Shown piece by piece: positions 9,614-19,621 of a stretch of DNA of 64,000 nt (its first letter is position 1; the number at the start of each line of letters is the position of its first letter). A program made the translations under genes and the position numbers. Below the pieces are notes generated by a model that worked only from the letters and a program-made list of their open reading frames with translations, made no database searches and was not told the DNA's origin. Source of the stretch: Chloroflexota bacterium (lineage in GTDB: Bacteria > Chloroflexota > Dehalococcoidia > GIF9 > AB-539-J10); assembly GCA_037444365.1 (NCBI GenBank), contig JBBIMO010000002.1:7871-71870 (forward strand). Direction: 5' to 3'.

Positions 9614-10405
9614 ATGACAGATTGGGCTGCAAAAGCGGGAGCGCTGAACAGACTCATAAGACCCGTGACTTTCCCTATCGCGGTTAAGCTGGTCAAGAGC
9701 GCTGACGAGTTCCCGGGAAAGGCCCGCCGTCCTTCCAGGGACATGGGATTCAAGACCAATCCCTGCGTTGCTATGACGATGGCCCGCAAGTACGGCTGGA
9801 CAGTGGGCATGACCTCCGATGATAACGCCTGTCTGATTGCTGCCTATACATATGGATGGAGCGAGCCCGAGCCTGAGACCAGGAAAGCTCTGATTGACTT
9901 CATGATAGCAATGAAGTACTCAGCTGGCGAGCAGGCAGCGAAGACCACGATGGAGGCTGTCGAGCAGGTCAAGCTGGGCAAGGGCAAGTGTGCCGGCGTA
10001 GTTTTTTCTCCACTGGAGAGGACAAAAGTCGACCCGGACCTGGTTATGGTGTTCTGCAATGCCGCTCAGTTGATGCGCCTGGTGCACGGAGCGACGCAGG
10101 AAACAGGTGTAGCCGTGCAGTCTATATTCAGCGGACGCGGTGGGACCTGCACTGAAGGAGTCCTGCAGACATTCAAGACCGGGAAGCCGAAGGTAGTCCT
10201 GCCGGGAAATGGCGATAGGGTCTGGGCGATGGTGCAAGATGAGGAGATGGTTTTCACTATACCGGCGAACTGGCTTGACTCGGTGATAGGAGGGCTGGAA
10301 GCCACCCACCAGACTGGCATTCGCTACCCCATACCGGTGGACGTGAGACACGAGCCGACGTTCCCGGGACAGCTCAAAGACGCAGCACCCAAGGTATGCA
10401 AGTAG
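9614..10405 (+). CDS. DUF169 family protein.
   Basis: The sequence 'PVTFPIAVKLVK...DMGFKTNPCVAMTMAR' matches the DUF169 pattern. An RBS (GGAGGTG) precedes the start. Confidence 0.5.
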   Translation: MTDWAAKAGALNRLIRPVTFPIAVKLVKSADEFPGKARRPSRDMGFKTNPCVAMTMARKYGWTVGMTSDDNACLIAAYTYGWSEPEPETRKALIDFMIAMKYSAGEQAAKTTMEAVEQVKLGKGKCAGVVFSPLERTKVDPDLVMVFCNAAQLMRLVHGATQETGVAVQSIFSGRGGTCTEGVLQTFKTGKPKVVLPGNGDRVWAMVQDEEMVFTIPANWLDSVIGGLEATHQTGIRYPIPVDVRHEPTFPGQLKDAAPKVCK

Positions 10406-10608
10406 AGTGGCCCCTTGGGTCATTGCGGTGTCGCAATAACATGGCACTTCTGTCGTTCAGTGTGTGTGTTTGATGCGGCAAGTCACAACACAACGTTCTC
10501 AGTTGGTGCGCTGAAGTAACAATACGGGTTTCCCTGCAATTCAGGAGGTTGCACAGCAGTCAGGAGTGTTAAGTAACAAAGAGATGGTCTGTCTAGTCAC
10601 CCCGGGGT

Positions 10609-10638
10609 TTGCACAATGAACACTGATTTGTGTATGAT
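10609..10638 (+). promoter_or_regulatory. Sigma70-like promoter for the Yip1-family gene.
   Basis: TTGCAC, then an 18-nt spacer, then an extended -10 TGTATGAT. Confidence 0.4.
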
Positions 10639-10674
10639 TAGCGCAAACGTAGGATAAATAAAGGAGGCAAGGAA

Positions 10675-11238
10675 TTGGTAGCATCAAGTTCTCTTATTAA
10701 CAGAATGATTCGAGCTGCTAGACTGGACGTCAATCTTTACGAAGAGGTGGAGGCTGATACTACAGCCAATAAACAAGCTCTGCTTGCTGTAGTTGTTGTC
10801 AGTCTGCTAAGCGGCATTGGCAGTGGCATAGGAGGGCTGGTCACAAAGGGTGGATTGTGGTTCATCTGGGGTTTGCTCATAGGATTGGCCAGCTCCATAG
10901 TCGGATGGCTTGCCTGGTCTTTGGTGACTTATGTTATTGGAACCAAGTTATTCAAGACTGCGCAGACTTCAGCTACATGGGGAGAGCTGCTCCGCACCAT
11001 AGGCTTCTCCAATTCCCCCGGGGCTCTCCGGTTCTTCTCGTTTGTTCCTTTTCTAGGAGGTATTATTGCTCTAGGTGCATCGGTGTGGTCTCTGATTGCT
11101 GGTGTGATTGCTGTTAGACAGGCACTGGATTTCTCTACTGGCCGTGCAATCCTCACTTGCATCGTGGGTTGGATCATCTACATGGTCATCACATTCCTGG
11201 TCAGAATTCTGTTCCTGGGTGCGGGGGCGATTTTCTGA
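10675..11238 (+). CDS. Yip1-family integral membrane protein.
   Basis: The N-terminal region is hydrophilic (...AARLDVNLYEEVEAD...) and is followed by four to five TM helices, as in Yip1. There is a TTG start after AGGAGG. Confidence 0.6.
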   Translation: MVASSSLINRMIRAARLDVNLYEEVEADTTANKQALLAVVVVSLLSGIGSGIGGLVTKGGLWFIWGLLIGLASSIVGWLAWSLVTYVIGTKLFKTAQTSATWGELLRTIGFSNSPGALRFFSFVPFLGGIIALGASVWSLIAGVIAVRQALDFSTGRAILTCIVGWIIYMVITFLVRILFLGAGAIF

Positions 11239-11320
11239 CAGTACCGAGAGTAAGCATTGTGACTTGGTGTACAGTCAGCTCCTCTCTGTTGCTTGTCTCA
11301 TACAGGGTCACGCGGCTGGC

Positions 11321-11800
11321 TTAGTCTCTTGTCGCTATTGATTTCAGGTATTCTATGTAGCCAAGAGGGAAGCCATATCTTTCCGCATTCCGGATTACTA
11401 ACTGGAGATACTCCCTGGTAGGGGGCTGATGCTCAGGTGCTTCCCGGCGTTTTATTACCTTGTAGGTCGTGACATCTCGTATCGTCGTTCCATCGAACGT
11501 TTCTACGTCAACATGAATCTCCTGGTAGCAATGGGGGCAGCCCTCTTTCTTCCTTATAGCATCAAGGTCGTTTTCCTCCACGTCCAACAGTAGTCCATAA
11601 ACGGAATCCTCTGCAGACTTCATTATGTTTGCAACGCCACCACTTCTCGTTCTGGAAAAGCAGTTGAAAGCAAGTCTGTAGTGAGGTAGCTTTGCAGGGA
11701 GTTCACCTTGACTCTTGATCAAGGGTATGCCCCTTTGACTGCACCACTTATTCAGGTCGTCCCTGTCCATGTTTGAGCCGTATGCAAAGTACTTGTTCAT
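11321..11800 (-). CDS. Gamma-glutamylcyclotransferase (AIG2/GGCT-like) family protein.
   Basis: It begins MNKYFAYGSNMDRDDL..., the YGSNM signature of the AIG2/GGCT fold. Confidence 0.7.
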   Translation of the reverse strand: MNKYFAYGSNMDRDDLNKWCSQRGIPLIKSQGELPAKLPHYRLAFNCFSRTRSGGVANIMKSAEDSVYGLLLDVEENDLDAIRKKEGCPHCYQEIHVDVETFDGTTIRDVTTYKVIKRREAPEHQPPTREYLQLVIRNAERYGFPLGYIEYLKSIATRD

Positions 11801-11970
11801 GTTGTGTCCTCCTCTGCCTCATCTGCGATCCATGCCAAATCCTGCACCCATGTTTTGAAGCGAGTCAGCGCTTTGACTTTTCTCATGCTTGTGACGACAT
11901 TCAGATACCCTGTAGGAAGTCCGCATTGTAAATTCGTTCTAGATATGAGCTTCGATCTGACATATAGTAG

Positions 11971-12351
11971 CTAGCAATTGAACCGGGGACTCTGCTCGAT
12001 GGCGTTTTCGATGAGCTCGATACGGTTGGCTTTGCCCTTGTCATCCAGTTCAACCGCTACGACATCTATGCGCCATTCGGATGGCGGTTTTTGATGGGTG
12101 CTGACATAGGTCAGGGCTGAGGCGATGAGTTTCTCCTTTTTGGCCTGTGTTATTGACTCCTCAGGAGTGCCGAAGTCCAGACTGCTCTTGGTGCGGACCT
12201 CGACAAAGACCAGATAGTCCTTCTGCTGGGCAATGATATCAATCTCTCCGTGATGGCAACGAAAACCCGTCTCGCGAATCCGGTAGCCCCGCTTTCTGAG
12301 GAATTTCTGGGCTGCTTTCTCCCCCAGCTTACCAACTTCCTTGCGGTCCAT
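11971..12351 (-). CDS. yraN: YraN-family (UPF0102) endonuclease.
   Basis: The track ORF is trimmed to the internal Met, giving MDRKEVGKLGEKAAQKFLRKRGYRI...GEIDIIA...LVFVEVRTK, which is typical of YraN. Confidence 0.75.
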   Translation of the reverse strand: MDRKEVGKLGEKAAQKFLRKRGYRIRETGFRCHHGEIDIIAQQKDYLVFVEVRTKSSLDFGTPEESITQAKKEKLIASALTYVSTHQKPPSEWRIDVVAVELDDKGKANRIELIENAIEQSPRFNC

Positions 12352-12509
12352 TACCTGATCCTTCGACAAGCTCTTGCTCCTCTCCCATCTAGGGGGAAAA
12401 GAGTTGACTTGCCGCAACTCGCCTCCATCTAGAGGCAATGTCAGTCGCGTTACTTGCCACCTCAGTGAAGTCCGATGATTTGCCCAGCAACTCCTGAGGA
12501 CTTGATGCC

Positions 12510-12944
12510 TCACATCTCCAAGCGTTGGGGGCTTGCCATGGGGATGAGCAGATGTAACTCAGATTGGCTGCGATAGTATTCCAGCGCATATCCATCTGGG
12601 TCCATCGGGAAGTCTCGCATGAGTTCGCCGAATATCTGCCCAATCTGATCCTTATGGTTTGTCCAGTCCAATAGCTTGGCCCTGGCATATTTGCCGCCCT
12701 TAATCGTCATAGTGGGGAGCCCGAGCGCCTGGACCTCTCCCTCGCCTGTAGGCACGACGCCAGCAAAATACGCCAGTTGTGACCCTTCGCAGCGCGATAC
12801 GCCGTAGAACTTGCGGCCCCTGAGTGAGGAAAGCTTCGACTCAAGTCTGTCCCACGCTGCCTGGACTCCGCTGGGGAACTCATCGGCACGGCTGACTATC
12901 AACCTTATGTCTGGCAAATCTATGATCGTCGCCTTGTATGGCAT
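12510..12944 (-). CDS. GyrI-like small-molecule-binding domain protein.
   Basis: I chose the Met with an AAGGAGG RBS (MPYKATIIDLPDIRLI...). The sequence resembles the AraC-effector/GyrI-like fold. Confidence 0.5.
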   Translation of the reverse strand: MPYKATIIDLPDIRLIVSRADEFPSGVQAAWDRLESKLSSLRGRKFYGVSRCEGSQLAYFAGVVPTGEGEVQALGLPTMTIKGGKYARAKLLDWTNHKDQIGQIFGELMRDFPMDPDGYALEYYRSQSELHLLIPMASPQRLEM

Positions 12945-13163
12945 GTGCAGCCTCCTTGTGGTCGGATGTGTGATATGCTTCTCCTTCTGAGTCAATCATA
13001 TCACCGCCTGATTGCCAAAGGAAGACATCTGCGAACGGGTGAGTTCCTGGCAAGAAATGCTATCCGCTGTGCCCGGTTTGTCTTCGACCTTACTGGGTGG
13101 CCAGACCAAGCCGTAGACGGTTGAATACGTCCTATCTGGTTTGTTGGTTCATTGGTTGACTGT

Positions 13164-13916
13164 TCACGGAGTATGTCCTGAATGAGACTCTTCCCGTCCA
13201 CTTGGTTCAGGGTCAGAATGACACGAAGGAGAAGGGTCGGGAGGGAATGGGAACGGCTTAGAGTGGTCGGTACTTGAATGACGAGAGGCTTGGTCCGCGA
13301 TTATGTTCCTGACAGGGGCAAAGTATAGACGGTGAATTGGCGAGGGCCCGAGTTTTCGCAGACAGGATATGTGCTCTGCTGTTCCATAGCCTTTATGCTG
13401 GGCAAATCCATAGCCGGGATAGATTTGGTCAAATCCCGCCATCATACGGTCTCTGGTGACCTTGGCTACGATAGAAGCACAGGCAATGGAGAGACATAAT
13501 TTGTCGCCTCTGGTTATCCCTCTCTGAGGGATGGGGCATTGAGACAAAGTCACTCTATCAATGATGAGGAAGTGCGGTTGTCTGGGCAGTTCTTCCACCG
13601 CCTGCATCATTGCCAGCCTGGTTGCCTTGAGGATATTGATGGAGTCAATCACTTGAGAGGGAACGATGCCAATGCCCACAGCCACGGCCTCCTTGGTAAT
13701 CAACTCGAAGAGGGATTCCCGCTTGCCGGAGGTTAATTCCTTGCTATCCCGGACCAGCTCAAACCAGGGCAAATTGGCTGGGTAGGGTAGGATAACAGCG
13801 CCAGCTACTACCGGGCCGGCCAGAGCCCCCCGCCCGACTTCGTCTATGCCAGCGATGAGCTCGTAGCCCTGGGATTTGAGCTCGTTTTCGTGATAGAAGT
13901 TTGGAAACTGAGGCAT
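13164..13916 (-). CDS. rnhB: Ribonuclease HII with an unusual Pro/Ser-rich C-terminal tail.
   Basis: It has the GIDEVGRGALAGPVVAGAVIL catalytic motif and a C-terminal ...PFPFPPDPSPS... extension. Confidence 0.9.
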   Translation of the reverse strand: MPQFPNFYHENELKSQGYELIAGIDEVGRGALAGPVVAGAVILPYPANLPWFELVRDSKELTSGKRESLFELITKEAVAVGIGIVPSQVIDSINILKATRLAMMQAVEELPRQPHFLIIDRVTLSQCPIPQRGITRGDKLCLSIACASIVAKVTRDRMMAGFDQIYPGYGFAQHKGYGTAEHISCLRKLGPSPIHRLYFAPVRNIIADQASRHSSTDHSKPFPFPPDPSPSCHSDPEPSGREESHSGHTP

Positions 13917-14007
13917 GTCTTTCTCAAAATCAGAATTCAAAAGTCAGAAATCGAAAGGGCAACCCAAAATGCAGAACCTTTGACCTTTGCTCTGTCATTT
14001 TGCACTT

Positions 14008-15048
14008 TCATCTTTCCGTTTGATACATAGTCCCGCCTCCCAGCACCTCATCACCATTATAGAACACGATGGCCTGCCCCGGGGTTACCGCCTTTTGTGG
14101 CTGAGTGAACTGAACATCTACGGAGTCATTACTCAAAAACAGAATAGCTTCTGCTTCTTTTGACTTATAGCGTATCTTGGCCCTGGCTGTAATGGGCTCC
14201 ACCGGTGACTTGCCTGATATCCAGTTCAGTTTTCGGGCGGTAAGCGCCTGGCTGTAGAGTTCCTTCTCAGGACCGAGTACAATTCTATTGCTTTCAGGCT
14301 CTATCCTTATGACGTAGAGTGGCTTTCCAGTGGATACACCTATGCCATGCCTCTGCCCGATGGTATAGAAGGCTATTCCCCGGTGCTGACCTAACTTCAT
14401 TCCCTGGGTATCTACAGCATCACCAGTCGGAGTGGGAAACCTCTGGCTGAGAAAGGCGCCATGGTTCTTCTGAGAAATGAAGCAAATGTCCTGGCTGGAT
14501 TTGATGGCTGTGGGCAATCCCGCCTGCTTAGCTATCTGTTTAACTTCGTCTCTGGTATACCTGCCTAAAGGAAATAGGACATGCTCGAGCCTTTCCTGAG
14601 TTAGAGTATAAAGAAAGTAGGATTGATCTCTACTGGTGTCTGCTGCCTTAAGCAGGCGATGGCCATCACGGGAATGCTCTACTCTGACGTAATGTCCTGT
14701 AGCCAGATAGTCAGCGCCCAGTGAGAGCGCCTGTTCGAGGAGGATGCCGAACTTGACATAATGGTTGCAGGCGACGCAGGGATTGGGAGTCCGCCCTTGC
14801 TGGTATTCCCGGCAGAAATAGTTAACTACACGGGACTCAAATTCCTTCTGCAGGTCAAGCTCGTGGTAGGGAATGTTCAGGATGCGGCAGATATCTGCTG
14901 CCCGCTGTGCCTGGTCGTCGAACGAGGGAGAGTCCCAGAGGCGCATGTGGATGCCTATCACCTCATAGGCGGCTTCTTTGAGCAACAGGGCGGCCACGGA
15001 GGAATCCACGCCTCCGCTCAACGCCACAGCCACTTTTCTTTTGGGCAT
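14008..15048 (-). CDS. mnmA: tRNA 2-thiouridine(34) synthase MnmA.
   Basis: It has VAVALSGGVDSSVAALLL (PP-loop). The start is trimmed to MPKRKVAV.... Confidence 0.9.
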   Translation of the reverse strand: MPKRKVAVALSGGVDSSVAALLLKEAAYEVIGIHMRLWDSPSFDDQAQRAADICRILNIPYHELDLQKEFESRVVNYFCREYQQGRTPNPCVACNHYVKFGILLEQALSLGADYLATGHYVRVEHSRDGHRLLKAADTSRDQSYFLYTLTQERLEHVLFPLGRYTRDEVKQIAKQAGLPTAIKSSQDICFISQKNHGAFLSQRFPTPTGDAVDTQGMKLGQHRGIAFYTIGQRHGIGVSTGKPLYVIRIEPESNRIVLGPEKELYSQALTARKLNWISGKSPVEPITARAKIRYKSKEAEAILFLSNDSVDVQFTQPQKAVTPGQAIVFYNGDEVLGGGTMYQTER

Positions 15049-15310
15049 AGGTGCTGTATAAGTATATCCCACGACGTGAATGGTGACGAGATTGCTTCGT
15101 CGTCCCGATTTCATGGGAACTCCTCGCAATGACGAGGAGGAAGTTAATAGCCGCCTCGTTTCTTCCACACTCTCACCTTAGTCCTTTCCCGTCAAGGCAG
15201 AGTAGAATTGACTTGTCCCGGTATGTCTCTCATCAATGTAGAAGGAATTCCAAAGTTCTGAATTCCTTGCTCCCCCGGCGGGAGGGACTCGGATGGAGGG
15301 GGGATTCAGT

Positions 15311-15934
15311 TCACAATGAACAAGTAGGCAACAGCTGGCTCACTTTATGCCAGACAATTTCAGCAACTTGCTCTTTGGGCAAAGAGGCGTCTATCACCAG
15401 CCAGCGGTCAGTCTCAGCAGCGGCCATTTTTTGGTATCCCTCCCTCACACGCCGATGGAACGACAAATCCTCTAGCTCAAAGCGGTCTTTCAAGCTTCGC
15501 TTGCGTGCCAGTCCCTGCTCGGGTGAAATATCCAGGAAGATTACGAGGTCGGGATTGAGATTCCCTGTTGCCAAACCATTGATCTTCTCCACCATAGCTA
15601 GATTGAGTCCTCGCCCGTAGCCTTGATAGACAAGAGTGGAGTGAGTGAAACGGTCACAGATAACGACCTTGCCTTCTTTCAAGGCAGGACGGATTACCTC
15701 AGCTATCAACTGGGCGCGGGAAGCGGCGAACAGAAACAGCTCAGCCTCGGGGGAAATAGAAGAGCCCCCTTTCCTCTTAACCACTTTCCTTAACTCATCA
15801 CCCAGAGACGTGCCTCCCGGCTCATGAGTCAACACCACAGGGATGCTTTGCTGCTCAAGCCTTCTCAGCAGCAGCCGGGATTGGGTGCTTTTGCCACAGC
15901 CTTCGCCACCCTCAAAGGTGATGAACAGACCCAA
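15311..15934 (-). CDS. tmk: Thymidylate kinase.
   Basis: It begins MGLFITFEGGEGCGKSTQ (P-loop) and has the DRF motif. Confidence 0.9.
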   Translation of the reverse strand: MGLFITFEGGEGCGKSTQSRLLLRRLEQQSIPVVLTHEPGGTSLGDELRKVVKRKGGSSISPEAELFLFAASRAQLIAEVIRPALKEGKVVICDRFTHSTLVYQGYGRGLNLAMVEKINGLATGNLNPDLVIFLDISPEQGLARKRSLKDRFELEDLSFHRRVREGYQKMAAAETDRWLVIDASLPKEQVAEIVWHKVSQLLPTCSL

Positions 15935-15937
15935 GGA

Positions 15938-17341
15938 TTACCTCGATTTCCTTCTGCCGCCCGATTCCCAGCGCTGGTTACCAGAGTTGAAACCGCGGCG
16001 TCCAGCCAGGATTCGCTGTAGATTGTGGACGTAGGTAGATTGCGCCTCATGGGGATAGAGGGCGTCCAGGCAGTGCTTCATTTGAGCGGCATTATTGCTT
16101 TTGAGAACATAAATTGGTATACCCAGCGCTTCGGCATCCCGTATCTTCTGTGGCTTACGGCGATAATAGCTCCGAGTCGTGAGGAAGATGTCGGCTTGTC
16201 TAAGATCAGCGACGACTCTCAGCTCTTTTCGCCCCTCCTTGGCAACTTGTTCCAATCGAGACCGATTAGCGCCAAAGAGGTAGAACCGCTGCGTTTTCTG
16301 CGGCTGCTTCTCCTCCTTGCCCTCCCATGTCAGAGGGGAAGTTATCGCCTCCTTCTTCACCTCACCATCTTCATCCATCGAGCGCACTTCGGCTTTTGGG
16401 GGTTGCCCATGCAAGAGAGCATCAACGGCCTCGGTCACGCTGGGATGCACGGTTACCTTGTAGTAATCTACAATTTCCACCACTATATCAAAGGTCGGCG
16501 GAGCCTTACGCTCCAGGATAGATTTCTGCGTATGCCGTCGCCTGGCCTCTTCGTCTCCTAGGGTAACCGTCTGGACGCCGCCGATAAGGTCAGACAGCGT
16601 AGGATTCATTATCAGGTTTTCCAGAGTGTTGCCATGTGCCGTGCCTACTAATTGCACTCCACGTTCAGCGATAGTTCGCGCTGCTTTGGCTTCGAGTTCA
16701 GTGCCTATTTCGTCAATGATAATAACCTCAGGCATGTGATTTTCCACCGCTTCAATCATTACGGCATGTTGTTCAGCGGGAGCAGCTACCTGCATTCGCC
16801 GGGCATGCCCGATGGCGGGATGAGGAATGTCGCCATCCCCGGCAATTTCGTTGGAGGTGTCAATCACGATAACCCTTTTCTTGAAATCATCAGCCAGCAC
16901 TCGAGCCACTTCTCGCAACATAGTGGTTTTGCCTATGCCCGGCCGTCCCAGCAGCAGGACGTTTTTGCCCGATTCGATAAGGTCTTGAATCATTCCTACG
17001 GTGCCAAACACAGCCCTGCCCACCCGACAGGTCAAGCCAATTATGTAGCCGTTTCTATTACGTATGGCTGAGATGCGGTGAAGGGTGTGGTTGATGCCGG
17101 CGCGATTGTCTCCGCTGAACTCGCCAATGCGTGATACCACATAATCAATATCGGACTGGCTCACCTCTTTGGAGTTGAGGACCAATTCCCTGTGAGGAAA
17201 GCGAGCTTCGGGGAGACGCCCTAAGTCTAAGACTACCTCTAGCAGTTCGCTGTGATCGGGCTGCTGGTAAAGAGGCTCACGGATATGGAGTGGAAAGATA
17301 TCAAGCAGCGCATCTAAGTCGTCAGTGACTACCCTTCGCAT
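15938..17341 (-). CDS. R3H-domain AAA+ ATPase (Ycf45/SpoIIIAA-like).
   Basis: It has the P-loop LLLGRPGIGKTTML, a Walker B motif IIIDEIG, and a C-terminal R3H-like region. It ends 4 bp from the tmk start, consistent with an operon. Confidence 0.6.
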   Translation of the reverse strand: MRRVVTDDLDALLDIFPLHIREPLYQQPDHSELLEVVLDLGRLPEARFPHRELVLNSKEVSQSDIDYVVSRIGEFSGDNRAGINHTLHRISAIRNRNGYIIGLTCRVGRAVFGTVGMIQDLIESGKNVLLLGRPGIGKTTMLREVARVLADDFKKRVIVIDTSNEIAGDGDIPHPAIGHARRMQVAAPAEQHAVMIEAVENHMPEVIIIDEIGTELEAKAARTIAERGVQLVGTAHGNTLENLIMNPTLSDLIGGVQTVTLGDEEARRRHTQKSILERKAPPTFDIVVEIVDYYKVTVHPSVTEAVDALLHGQPPKAEVRSMDEDGEVKKEAITSPLTWEGKEEKQPQKTQRFYLFGANRSRLEQVAKEGRKELRVVADLRQADIFLTTRSYYRRKPQKIRDAEALGIPIYVLKSNNAAQMKHCLDALYPHEAQSTYVHNLQRILAGRRGFNSGNQRWESGGRRKSR

Positions 17342-17365
17342 CCTGTGACAATACCTTTTTTCGCC

Positions 17366-18247
17366 TTACCAGCCCCGTGGAGACAGCAATTCCTGCTGGG
17401 GTATAGCTTTTATGTCCAGACCGGGCATGGCGGTTCCCAAACCTCTAGATACCTCAGCCAGAATAGACGGGTCCTGGTAGTGGGTGGTAGCTTTAACGAT
17501 GGCGTGCGCTCTAGCCGCGGGGTCGCTGGACTTGAAAATGCCCGAGCCCACAAACACCCCCTCGGCACCCAGCTGCATCATCAAGGCGGCATCGGCAGGC
17601 GTCGCTACGCCTCCGGCAGCAAAGTTCACGACAGGCAACTTCCCTGTCCTATGCACCTCGATCACTAACTCCAGAGGAGCACCCAGAACTTTCGCCTCAG
17701 CCACTAATTCGTCCTGGGGTAGAGCCTGAAGCCTGCGAATGCCGTCCTGGACCGCCCGCATGTGTCTGACAGCTTCCACGATGTTGCCTGTCCCCGCTTC
17801 TCCCTTGGTGCGGATCATGGCAGCTCCTTCGGCGATGCGGCGCAAAGCTTCGCCCAGGTCACGGCAGCCGCAGACAAAAGGAACCTTGAAATCATGTTTC
17901 CAAATGTGATGGCTTTCATCGGCAGGAGTGAGCACCTCGGACTCATCTATGAAATCAATAGCCAGTGCCTCCAGCACCTGGGCTTCAACAAAGTGACCGA
18001 TACGGCATTTAGCCATTACTGGAATGCTCACTGTTTCCTTTATGGCAATGATCACGGTAGGGTCTGCCATCCGAGCCACTCCGCCAGCAGCCCGAATGTC
18101 TGCCGGCACACGTTCCAGTGCCATCACGGCGCAGGCACCGGCTTCCTCTGCAATTCTGGCTTGCTCGGGAGTGACCACGTCCATAATCACCCCGCCCTTC
18201 AGCGTCTGAGCCAGCCCAGTCTTAACTTTCCATGTACCTTTTTCCAT
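17366..18247 (-). CDS. pdxS: Pyridoxal 5'-phosphate synthase lyase subunit PdxS.
   Basis: It has [22 protein letters not shown] and the conserved C-terminus. No pdxT is adjacent. Confidence 0.95.
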   Translation of the reverse strand: MEKGTWKVKTGLAQTLKGGVIMDVVTPEQARIAEEAGACAVMALERVPADIRAAGGVARMADPTVIIAIKETVSIPVMAKCRIGHFVEAQVLEALAIDFIDESEVLTPADESHHIWKHDFKVPFVCGCRDLGEALRRIAEGAAMIRTKGEAGTGNIVEAVRHMRAVQDGIRRLQALPQDELVAEAKVLGAPLELVIEVHRTGKLPVVNFAAGGVATPADAALMMQLGAEGVFVGSGIFKSSDPAARAHAIVKATTHYQDPSILAEVSRGLGTAMPGLDIKAIPQQELLSPRGW

Positions 18248-18420
18248 AGATTTTCATTATAACGCCGCACAAATCAAATCACAAATGCCAGAATCCGAAT
18301 GACGAGCGGAACTCAAAGTCCAAATGACAGGACAGAGACCTTTGATTCGGCCGGTATGACGGTTGGCTTTGTCATTTCGAGGCGCGATGGCGACTAAGCA
18401 ATCTTGGGGGACAGCAAGAT

Positions 18421-18450
18421 TGCCCCGCCCTGACGAGTCAGGGCGGGGCA
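18421..18450. terminator. GC-rich hairpin with a 13-bp stem and a 4-nt loop. It lies between the lipoprotein gene stop and the pdxS start. It may be a terminator or attenuator, but it has no U-tract.
   Basis: The sequence is TGCCCCGCCCTGA-cgag-TCAGGGCGGGGCA, a perfect inverted repeat. Confidence 0.35.
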
Positions 18451-18478
18451 ATAAGTAGACGCCTAGTTATGACCGATT

Positions 18479-19621
18479 CTATGGTCCGGGGATAACATGC
18501 CAGAGACACATCCAGTTCGCCCACGGTATGGCTACATTTTCGGGGGTGGTCGCCCAGTTATCGTGGACGATAACCCAGTCGGCTGAAGGTATCGGGCCTG
18601 CACCATCGGGGTCCCAGTTCAGAATATACCCAACGCCGGTGACCGCATGTCCGATATCGCCGTAAGTCCAGCTCTCGGGAGGGTTAGGCGGAAGCGAACT
18701 GGATTGGTAACTCCCCCAAACAAATACAGATATTGTCTCTCCAGTCTGGGGATCTGGGAAACTAGCTTTAGATATGGGGTTCCAGTAGTCAAAAGCGACG
18801 ACCAATGGTCGGCCGTTGTTAATTTCATTCTTGTAGAAATTCAGGGTTGCATTGTAATTCACGTCACAAGTCATAACCAGCCCGCAATTGTAACCAAGTT
18901 TCCCGGCGGGGAGACCGAAGGGGGGAGGAGTGGCGGGTGGTGGCGCGGGTGGGTGGGTAGCGTCCCAGCGGACATAATCGATAGTCCCGGGTATTACGTC
19001 AAGTCTGTGGGTTCCCAACAGGCCAGGATTATTAACTCGGTCGGGGCTGCCCAGATTATTGGTATCCATAAAATAGCCGAGGTACTCCGCCACCGTCTCG
19101 GGTGGGAGACCGGCGGTCACGTTTTGAGCACTGGCGTTGTTGGCTACGTCGTCCCAATACTCCAGGACATTGGCCACCGCCATCGGAGCACAGAAATTGG
19201 TGGGGTTGGGAGGCGGCAAGGTGTTAGTAGGTGGCTGGTTTGCGTCGGGGACATTTTCTATGAAAGCCATCACAAACGCGAAGCGAGCGGTGACCGTGGC
19301 GTTTTGAGCCGGCATGGTGTAGGTAGTCTGGGCAGCAGTTGCATTAGCAAATGTGCCCGCTGTCGCCGTCCAGTTCACAAACCGGTAGCCAGTACTTGGA
19401 GTGGCGTTGAAGTTAACCACCGTGCCATTGCTATAGGTAAACATCGTTGTCCCAGGGATGGTTACATTGTTAACCGCGACTGCACCTCCAGCAGTACTTG
19501 TGACGGTGAGGGTGTAGGACCCACCACCTCCGCCGCCACCCCCACCGCAGCCGATGACGTTGACAAAAAGCGTGAATAACAGGACTGTGACTACGGCAAG
19601 TGAGATTAGTTTGTGTTTCAT
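18479..19621 (-). CDS. Secreted lipoprotein with an N-terminal InlB-B-repeat-like beta domain and a C-terminal papain/C39-like putative cysteine-peptidase domain.
   Basis: An RBS (AAAGGAGG) precedes the ATG. It has a signal peptide with the lipobox VIGC followed by a Gly9 linker. 'SYTLTVTS...GYRFVNW' resembles a bacterial repeat domain. A Cys in 'NFCAPMAVANVLEYW' and a His in 'GHAVTGVGY' suggest a thiol-protease fold. Confidence 0.5.
   Translation of the reverse strand: MKHKLISLAVVTVLLFTLFVNVIGCGGGGGGGGGSYTLTVTSTAGGAVAVNNVTIPGTTMFTYSNGTVVNFNATPSTGYRFVNWTATAGTFANATAAQTTYTMPAQNATVTARFAFVMAFIENVPDANQPPTNTLPPPNPTNFCAPMAVANVLEYWDDVANNASAQNVTAGLPPETVAEYLGYFMDTNNLGSPDRVNNPGLLGTHRLDVIPGTIDYVRWDATHPPAPPPATPPPFGLPAGKLGYNCGLVMTCDVNYNATLNFYKNEINNGRPLVVAFDYWNPISKASFPDPQTGETISVFVWGSYQSSSLPPNPPESWTYGDIGHAVTGVGYILNWDPDGAGPIPSADWVIVHDNWATTPENVAIPWANWMCLWHVIPGP

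Noticed and set aside
18647-19579. A 310-aa plus-strand ORF.
   Set aside because: It is antisense to the secreted lipoprotein gene. It has no RBS and no family resemblance.
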